A stretch of 55,782 nucleotides of DNA, the filler included, from Fonticula-like sp. SCN 57-25 (taxonomy: Eukaryota): assembly GCA_001724245.1 (NCBI GenBank). It is 2 parts of 2 records of this genome, joined end to end, with 100 filler letters (N's around TTAATTAATTAA, not from the genome) between each part and the next. Parts side by side here need not be neighbours in the genome. Positions count along the whole stretch, not along the records: positions 28,038 to 55,782 come from MEDX01000055.1; 1 more part is not named here. One strand, written 5' to 3'. Shown piece by piece: positions 47,501 to 55,782 of this stretch. Every line of letters starts with the position of its first letter. The first letter of the stretch is position 1. Below the pieces are notes generated by a model, which was not told the origin of the DNA, searched no databases, and saw only the letters and a list, made by a program, of their open reading frames with translations. The translations under genes and the position numbers were made by a program.

Positions 47501-50500
47501 GAGCATGAGCGAAGCATCGCCGTATCTCACGACGGTTCTTCGCGCGCTGCACGACCGCCGCCTCGTTGCCGAGCGGTCCGTGTCTGACCTTGAGCGCCAG
47601 CGCGTTGACCGCCCGTCGGATTCTGCGCGTGCCATCGCCGACATCCACTCGGCCACGTCCCAGATGCTCACCATGCTGACGCAGGGCCGCCGCCTCGAGC
47701 GCCAGCTGACAAACACTGACCCCCGCGAGGCGGCCGTGACGGCCCGCACGCTGGCCGCGTTTGCCGCGCAGCTTGACGCGTTCGCCGACCACTACAGCGA
47801 CTTGACGGACACGTCTTCCGCGGCCACGTACATGATTTTGAACGGCCTCTCGATGACCGCCACCGCCGCGATGATCAACGCCCCGCTGTTTGAAGCGCTT
47901 GCGGCGGTGGCCGTTGGCGACGACAACGCGGTTGCAGCCGACGTGGCGCTGCCCGACCTGTCCGCCAGCGCGCGCCTTTTGCTCGCCATGCAGACGACGG
48001 TTCTGGCGGCACAGCGCACCGGGCTGCCGGCCAAGTACGAGATGCCAGTTTTGGGCGACGCATTTGTCCTGTGGGCCGACGGCGAGGACGCACGCAAGGA
48101 GTTTGAGGCGGCGCAGGATGAAGCGTACCGCTACCGCATTCGTTCCCATGAGTTTGCCACCGACGATGAGCTGGACGAGCAGCGCTACCGCGAGTCCTTC
48201 CCGACGTTTGACGGCGACTACACGGACGTGTTCATGCAGATTGACGAGGCAAAGCACGACGAGCTGCAAAAGGCGGCCAAGGCGCAGGCGGCCAAGCCGG
48301 TGATGAAGTCGCCGCCGCCGCCGGCCTTTGACGCGGCGCAGGCCCGCGAGCTGCGCGCCCTGCTGACCAGCACACACTTTGCCGATCTTTCGAGCGAGTC
48401 GCGCAAGCAGCTGCGCCTCCGAGTCAAGGCGCATTCCTCTGCGCTTGTGACGCGCATTCTCGCCGCGCACGGCGATACGCTCACGTCCGACATCGACGCT
48501 GTCGCACGAATTATGGTGGCTGACGAGCTGGAAAACGCCGACTCTTTGGTCATTGCTCCGCTCGGCCAGTGGCGCTTGCTGACCACCGAGCCCTCGGCCG
48601 CGGCGCTTGCCCTCTGGGGCGACGTGCACGTAGAGGATTCGCTTCAGTTTGTGTCGCCGTCGTCGTACGACTTTTACCATGACGCGCGTCGCTCCGAGAC
48701 GTCGCAGGCAGCCGCTGCTCTGGCGGCTCTGCGCGCTCGCCTCGCCGAGCTCATGGCAGAGTGGCCCGACCACGAGATTCTTATGCGGATTGACACTGTT
48801 GCCGCACGCGTGCAGCAGCTCAATCTCGGCGCCCCCGTGATGCGCATCCTCACCGGCGTTGAGATGATTCTCCGCGTTGCGCAGGACTGGGAGCTTGTGG
48901 CGTCACAGGCGGTGTCGCTGGCGTCGTTCCTCGCACCGCTGACCGCGCTCGTGCTTCAGTGGCGCCGCCTCGAAGTCATGTCGTGGCCGCAGATGCTCGC
49001 ATCTCGTGCCGACGCGGCCGCTCAGCGTGACCTTGACGCCCTGTGGTTCCACCTTGCACGCATGGTTCTCCAGAGCAACTGGGACGCTGTCGCGTCGTCT
49101 GACGCCATGCAGGTCGACACGGGCTACCAGCAGGCGCCGCTCGCCGAGCTCGTCAAGCTTGTCGACCAGTTTATTCTGGGCGCGCCGTCGATTCAGTTTG
49201 CCACGCGTCTTCACAGCGTCGCTGCGCTTGCATCGCTCGCGCCCTCGGACTCGCCCGCGCGCGCCATCATTTCCAACATGGTGGCGCAGTACGGCCAGCA
49301 CCTGCCCAGCGTCCGTGCCAATGTGCAGTCGCTGCGCGCGCCGATCGACAAGGAGTTTGCCGAGATTGTCAAGCTCGCAAAGTGGCACGACGTCAACTAC
49401 CACGCGCTCAAGGCGTCGTCCGAGCGTCACCACCGCTCGCTCGCCCAGATGCTGCGCAAGTTTGAGGAGGTGCTCAAGGCGCCCGCGCTCAATGTGCTGC
49501 AATCCCTTGAGGCCGTCGCGCCCGCGCCGACGCCCACTGCGTCCCAAGCCGCGCCGCCGCCACCGTCGCACATCCCCGCGACATTCAACGCCAATGCGAC
49601 GGCCGTCACGCGCGCTGCCGGCGGCGATCTCTACGGGATTGCACCGCCGAGTATCGTCAGGGGACTTGGTAACTTTAGCTCTGATATTGTCGAGCAACTG
49701 CGCGGCTTCGAGACCGAGTCGAACGCTCAGCAGTACAGCGAAGAGACGAAGAAGATCTTTTCGCAGCTAAAGTCGCGCAAGCGCCTCGCCTATACGTCGT
49801 TGCTCAAGACGCTGACAAAGGTCGGCCTGAACGCGAACCGCCCGCTGCTCACTGCGGCGCAGCTCGACGATCCGCTCTTTGTGCTGGCGCGGCCGCCCGT
49901 TCGCGCGTCGGCAGACGACATGATGAAGGACGCGCGCCGCTATTTCCACCGCGGCATGGCGCAGCTCAACACGCTCCGCCGCGGCGCCCGTGCAGCTCAT
50001 GTGCACCGCGACATTAACAAGCGCGACCTCGACAAGATGGTCAATTTTGCCATTAACCTCCTTCACGTCGTGTTGCAGCAGCAGACCATTGGCCACGAAC
50101 TCGTCAACCGCGCCGATGCCATTGCGCGTCTGCGGTCGGCCCTGATCCTTGCCGCCGAGCCGGCGCCCGCCGCCAAGATTGCGCTGCGCGATTCCCGCGA
50201 CGCTGCCGAGCAGCTCGCCGCCGCGCTCTCCATGCTGATCACCTTTGCAGAGGATGTGCCGTCGTCGCAGCGCCTCGCGGCAGAGTCGCTCTCCGACGTG
50301 GCCGCACGCGTTGCCTCCACCGCTGAACTTTTGGCGGCGCCGCTCGCGGCCCTCAAGCGCGGCCTGGAAGACACGCTCGTCTGCTCGCAGCAGGATGACG
50401 TCACGCCATACTCGTTCGTTGCATCGCTGATTGAGGCCGCTCCTCTCGCCGAGCGCGCTTCCGAGATGCTTGCCCGCGCGTGCGGCGATACGGTCCTTGA

Positions 50501-53500
50501 GGCCCTCTCGCGCCCCATTGTGGCCGCCCTGCAAAAGGCGAGTGCTCGCGCATCAGAACTCACCGCTGCAATTGGCTCGCAGCAGCAGCCGCGCGGCGAC
50601 TGGGACGCCTTTGTGGCTGGCCTGGACTCGCTCGAGCGCGCGTCGGCCGCGGCTGTTCAGCAGGCCCGCATCAGGATGCCTGCTGGAGCCAGTGAGGAAG
50701 AGGATGACGACACAGAGCTTGACGACATGTTTATTGTTTCGTCGCACGGCAAGATGGTCCACTTGATCAGTTATGCGCTTCCGAGCGCGCTGCTGCCCCT
50801 GCAGGAGCGCTGCCTGTCGCTTGCACCTCGCCTTGCCTCCCCTCCCACAGAAGTCCTTGCGTCCGTCGACCGCGCCACGCGCTCCGTCGGCGCACTTCTC
50901 GAGCATGCCGAGCGCGTGTCGGCCGTCTTTTCCGAGTACCACCGCGGTACCTGCAAGACGTTTTACATTCTCTCGTCTCTGTTTGCGCACATGCTTGCTA
51001 CGGGCCTGTGCGCGCCCGCCGAGATTCGCGAAGAGGACGGCGACGGCGAGGGCGGCGACGGCCGCGCGACCTTTGAGGACGACGTTGACGGCACCGGTAT
51101 GGCCGAGGGCGAAGGAAAGAAGGATGTGAGCGACCAGATTGAGAACGAGGAGCAGGTGCTCGGCACGCGCGGCGAAAAGCCGCCGCAGGAGGAGTCTGAT
51201 AACGGCCCGCAGATTGAAGAGGAGGACAATGGCCTCGAGATGACGTCTGACTTTGACGGCGCGCTGCACGACGTTGACCCGCTCGCACAGCAGGAGAAGG
51301 AAGAAGGCAAGGACGGCGAAGATGAAGGCCCCGAAGAGCGCATGGGCGACGTCGACCGCGGCCACGAAGAGCTTGACGACAAGAAAAAGTGGCAGGACGA
51401 CGAGAACCCGCCTGGCGACGACGAGGACGGGCCCAAGGATGAGGAGGAGCTCGAGGACAGCGCAAAGAGCGCGCCGACGGGCGACCAGATGGGACCCGCC
51501 GAGGTCAAGGCCAAGAAGGGCGCCGACGACGACAAGAAGAAGGGCGGCGACGACGAAAAGAAGGGCGGCGAAAAGGGCGACGATGCCTCAAAGGACGGCG
51601 GCGACCAAGGCGACAATGACGAGGACGATGGCGGCAATGACGCTTTCCCCGAGGGCGACGACGGCGATGCCGACGACGAAGTTGCTGCACAGCCGGACGC
51701 TCAGGGCGGCGCTCCCGACGACGCCGCAGAGGGCGGCGAAGGCGACGAGCAGGCCGGCGAGGAAGACGGTGCTGGCGACCTGCCCGACGACATGCAGCTC
51801 GACAGCGATGAAGATGGCGAAGGCGACGGTGACGGCGGCGACGCCATGGACATTGACGGCGCTGACGAAGAAGACGGTGACGGCGAGCAACAGGAAGACG
51901 AGTCGGAGCAGCAGACGGACGCGCTCATGACAGACGGCGACGGAGAAGAAGCCGCCGGCCCTCAGGACGGCACTGCTGACGCCGCCGACGAAAAGGCGCC
52001 GAACGACGCCGCTGATCCTTCTGCCGCCGCTGACGCCGCCGAGGAAGATGACGGTGCTGCGGGATCTGCCGCGGCTGACGAGCCGATGGGAGCCGCACAG
52101 GCCGCCCCGACATCGGACGCCGGCAGTGGCGCGCAGGGCGTGCAGGGCGGCTCAACTTCGAGCGGCGCCGGAAATGCGACGCCGCAGGAGACGACCGCTG
52201 CGGGCGCCGATGCCGAGCACAAGGACGAGCAGCGCCCGACCGGCGCCCGCGAGTCTGCCACCGGCACATCGACGTCGCTCGCTGACCAGAACAAGCAGCG
52301 TCAGCAGCAGCGTCGCCAGCAGCAGCAATCCGGCATGGACGCGCCGAACCCGTACCGCTCATTGTCAGATGCGGCGCGCGAGTGGGCGCGGCGTGCAAAG
52401 GAAGTTCTCGAGCGCACCGACGCGCTGTCGGACGAGACGGCGCAGGGCGACAATGTGCAAGACGATGAGGCGCAGGCGCTCGGCGATGAGCTCATGCATG
52501 TCAGCGACGACGACGCGGCCAACGCCGTGACGCTCGGCGCCGCCACGGCGGAGCAGCAGCGCAAGCAGCAGGAACAGCGCGGCGCACAGGCCGACGCTGA
52601 CGAGTCATCCGCCGACGCCGCCATGGACGATGACGGTGAGCAAGAAAAGGAGGCGTCGCCGGCGCTGCCGCCGATGGACAACCGCGAGGCGCCTTCCGTC
52701 GCGCGCGCGGCGCAGAGTTCAAGCGCACCGAGCCGCGACCGCCCACAGCCCAAGGACGAGCGCGGTGCTGTCGGCGACGACGCGTCGCGCGCTGCAACCG
52801 GCGGCGATCAAGATGACCTCATGTCATACGACCCGCGGTTGGCCTCACGCCCTGCCGACGCCATCACGCAGGTTGGCTCATCTTCCGGTCGCTCTGACGC
52901 GCCTGTCAAGGCCGAGGAGAAGCAGGAGCCGCTTGATCTTTCCACGCTCCGCTCCGAGCTCGAGTCTGATTGGGCGTCCGTTCACGCCTCGTCTGCCCCG
53001 AGCGCCGCCGCTGAGCGTCTTTGGCTGAACCTTGAAGCCGCTACGCAGCAGCAGGCCTCTGAGCTCTGCGAGTCGCTCCGCCTTCTGCTTGAACCGACGC
53101 TGACGACCAAGCTGCGCGGCGACTACCGCACCGGCAAGCGTCTTCACATGCGCAAGGTGATCCCGTACATTGCGTCACAGTTCCGCAAGGACAAGATTTG
53201 GCTGCGTCGCACCAAGCCCGCCAAGCGCGCGTATCAGATTCTGATCTCTGTTGACGACTCGCGCTCGATGCGCGACACCAACGCTGTTGGCATGGCGTTT
53301 GAGACTGTTGCCGTGCTTGCGCAGGCGCTTCACCGCCTCGAAGTCGGCGAGCTCGGCGTGCTTTCCTTTGGCGAGCGCGTCGGCATTGTTCACCCGATGG
53401 ACGCGCCGTTCAGCGGCCGCGCCGGTGCCGCCGTGATTGAGAAGTTCACCTTCCAGCAGGACAAGACGTACGTCAGCCGCCTGCTGGACGCGGCGCAGGC

Positions 53501-53849
53501 GGTCCTTGAAGGCGCGCGCGCGCGTCACCACCAGTCGGCCGACCTCTGGCAGCTCCACATTGTCGTATCGGACGGCGCGCTGCTTGACGAAGACCGTTCG
53601 CAGCTCGCGCGGCTCGTGCGGCAGGCGGCCGAGCGCCGCGTGCTCATCGTGTTCCTCGCCATTGACAACCGCGCGCAGTCGATCGCGGATCTGCAGTCGG
53701 TGTCGTACGTGAATGGGCAGGTGCAGGTGAAAAGATATCTCGACTCGTTCCCGTTCGAGTTCTTCTTGCTGCTCAGGGATATGCAGACGCTGCCGGCGAT
53801 CCTCGCTGACTCGCTCAGGCAGTGGTTCGAGCTTATGGCCAGAATGTAA
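38561..53849 (+). CDS. MDN1: Midasin/Rea1 AAA+ ATPase (60S biogenesis). Exons 38561-38644, 38696-38928, 38975-53849 (about 5063 aa)
   Basis: Six Walker A motifs (GETGAGKT, GETGTGKT, GPTSAGKT, GETGCGKT, GPPGVGKT, GDAATGKS), linker, D/E-rich tail, MIDAS/VWA domain (VDDSRSM). Confidence 0.98.
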
Positions 53850-54085
53850 CTGTATTCTATGAAAGAATTTGTACATATTTGTAAATTTCCAATAAATTGA
53901 CTTGATATTAAGACGGAATTCTTATTTTATTGTTTATTATTGTGCTGAAAAACGAAAATGTCATGGTATTTTGGTGAAATAATGACAGATTTGCAGCAGA
54001 TTCGAGCAGATTTGCGTCCACTTGGTGTGTCAGCATATCGCATTTCGCAAATCGGCGCAAATCGGTGCTCCAATCGAGGGGTGTC

Positions 54086-54593
54086 ATGTCGGCGATTGTG
54101 TTTGCGGATACCGAGATTGTTGAGCGTGTTGTGAAGGAGGCATGCGACTCGGGGCTAAAGGTTCAAATTGACATTGTGAATGAGCCCGGTAATGTTGCCG
54201 TTTGCGGCGATCCCGCGGATGTCGAGCACCTTGCCGGCATGTTTACCGTGCTCGGTCATCGGGTCAACCTGATGGAGTCGTCGGCCGCATCGCCGTCGAC
54301 GTCGGCCCCCGCGGTCGCCATTCTTTTTGCTGTGCTTGCCATTGGGGTTGCCGTATTCAATTTCGCTCAATTGTACGCGTCTTTTCTATTCACGCGACAT
54401 TCCCTCACGTCTGTTTTCTAGCGATCTCTGGGACACGCTTGGCTGGTACGGCGCGGTGCTTGTGTGGGGCGCGTGGCTCGGCGCCGTCACCATCGGCTTT
54501 GGCAAGCTCTTTTTCTACTACGTACGCAGCGGCTTCCGCCTCGAGGCGCTTCCGTACAGCGGCGATCGCCGCCCTCCCGCCGCCACCCTCTGA
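54086..54593 (+). CDS. Small membrane protein: N-terminal FabD/AT ACP-binding-like subdomain plus two TM helices; one intron
   Basis: A GTACGC...TAG intron joins ORFs 54065-54421 and 54327-54593 in frame. Confidence 0.6.
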
Positions 54594-54772
54594 GTTCATT
54601 ACATCATCTGTTGCCTCCCACTCATGTTTTGTGTTTCTCCTTTGCATGTACATCAAGTTCAAGTTCCATTTCAAAAGTATTCCTAAAGTATTTCTATTTT
54701 CATTAGACTCTTGACTTTGGCAGAAAATTTTATGCAACATGCACGAATGATATGACAAGATACAAAGCCCGC

Positions 54773-55782
54773 TCAGACCTTTTCGTTGTCCGCGGCCGGC
54801 TCAGTGAATGTCGTCATCTGGATGACCTCGCCCTTGTGGCCTTCGCCCTGGGGCGGCTCCGCGTGGGCGTGGTGCTTGCCGCCCTTGTGGTCCTTGACAA
54901 AGCCCTGGTAGTACAGCGCGGCAAAGACGAGCGCCACGCCCGCCCACTGCGAGAACGTGATCGGGTGCAAAAAGATCAGCGACGACAAGAGCATCGACGC
55001 AAACTGGCGCGTCGTCATGATCGTCGAGTACGTCAGCGCGCCGAATCGCTTGATCGTAAAGTAGATGACGAGCTGGCCGAGCGATGCGGCGAACGAGAGA
55101 AGGACCGCGTCGCGCAGCATCGAGGGGTAGCGCGATGCGAACGAAAAGGCGCGAACAATGTTGCCCGTCGGCAAAAGCACTGCATCATCGGTGATCAGTC
55201 GCCATGCAATGGAGGGAAACCATAAAGTTGGGGGTGATAAACGATAGTTGGGGGTGACAAATGGAAGTTGGGGGTGACAAATGAAAGTTTGAGGGGTGAC
55301 AGTTCAAAAAGTCAGGGGATTACACGAATTGATAGTTAAACAAAAGGAATGGACATTCATAATAAACAAAACATGCAGACAATAACAAAATAAATATATG
55401 GCCGCGTACTGGTAAAGGAGATGGCGGCGGAGCAGAGGTTCACGTAGAGCATCTGGTTGTACATTGACATTGTGTATCCCTTGAAGAGGCGCTCCTGGAA
55501 CGTCGAGGTGAACCCGTCAAAGAAGAGGTAGAGGCCGACGAGCAGCAGGCCAACCATCGAGTTCTGCTCGGGTCCGTGGTTGTCAGAGATCTCCTATTGG
55601 GCGCGGGATCAGCAAGAGCACAGGGCGAGATCGGCGCCACGCACGCCCGTCACGAGGAACAATGTGCAGCCGATCATGACGGTGAACGCAATCGCATAGT
55701 CCTTTATCGAGTACTCCTTGCGGTACACGAGCGAGCCCCACACCAGCACGGGGATCATCTTGCCGCACTTGCCGAGCGTCTG
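54773..55782 (-). CDS. UAA-family nucleotide-sugar/PAPS transporter, SLC35B2-like (5' part outside the window)
   Basis: QTLGKCGKMIPVLVWG, FDGFTSTFQERLF, GQLVIYFTIKRFGAL, IMTTRQ; two GT-AG introns. Confidence 0.88.
55226..55301. repeat. Intronic 20-bp tandem repeat, four copies (AGTTGGGGGTGACAAATGAA-like)
   Basis: Directly visible. Confidence 0.85.

Noticed and set aside
39119-53876. Many long antisense or alternative-frame ORFs within midasin, LeuRS and MoeA
   Set aside because: Expected shadow ORFs in GC-rich coding DNA; low-complexity R/A/S translations without motifs.
1-55782. Alternative genetic code or programmed frameshifts explaining split ORFs
   Set aside because: The frame breaks I examined are resolved by spliceosomal introns, and TAA, TAG and TGA all serve as normal stops.

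Overview
This is a gene-dense, GC-rich eukaryotic nuclear window from a protist-like genome; the actin C-terminus and gene set fit a unicellular Amorphea/opisthokont-type organism, but the species cannot be identified from sequence. It holds about 28 protein-coding genes, most with short GT-AG introns whose donors are GTRCGY-like and whose branch points are CTRAC. In order: actin 3' end, WDR25-like, GT54/MGAT4-like, ARID2/Rsc9, PHAF1, a secreted or single-pass propeller protein, HemK, PP2C, ALYREF/Yra1, otubain, TRABD, an SLC25 carrier, a peroxisomal alpha/beta-hydrolase, mitochondrial LeuRS, a GPATCH8-like zinc finger, Snf7/CHMP4, a multi-pass membrane protein, a COG2907-like flavoprotein, a stand-alone MoeA/gephyrin E domain, VAP, midasin (~5063 aa), SLC35B2-like, plus several orphans. 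An artificial N44-TTAATTAATTAA-N44 spacer lies at 27938-28037. Most notable: (1) an AT-AC minor-spliceosome (U12-type) intron in ARID2 with a deviant ATATCCGC donor; (2) a 774-nt weak-donor intron in ALYREF containing a candidate frame-shifting cassette exon; (3) a recurrent TGCAAACT element, in direct and inverted pairs, concentrated in non-coding DNA and very compact bidirectional promoters; (4) a 60-aa basic microprotein gene 88 bp head-to-head with midasin; (5) a small membrane protein with an isolated FabD/AT ACP-binding-like subdomain. All gene models were assembled by eye; no database searches were run.
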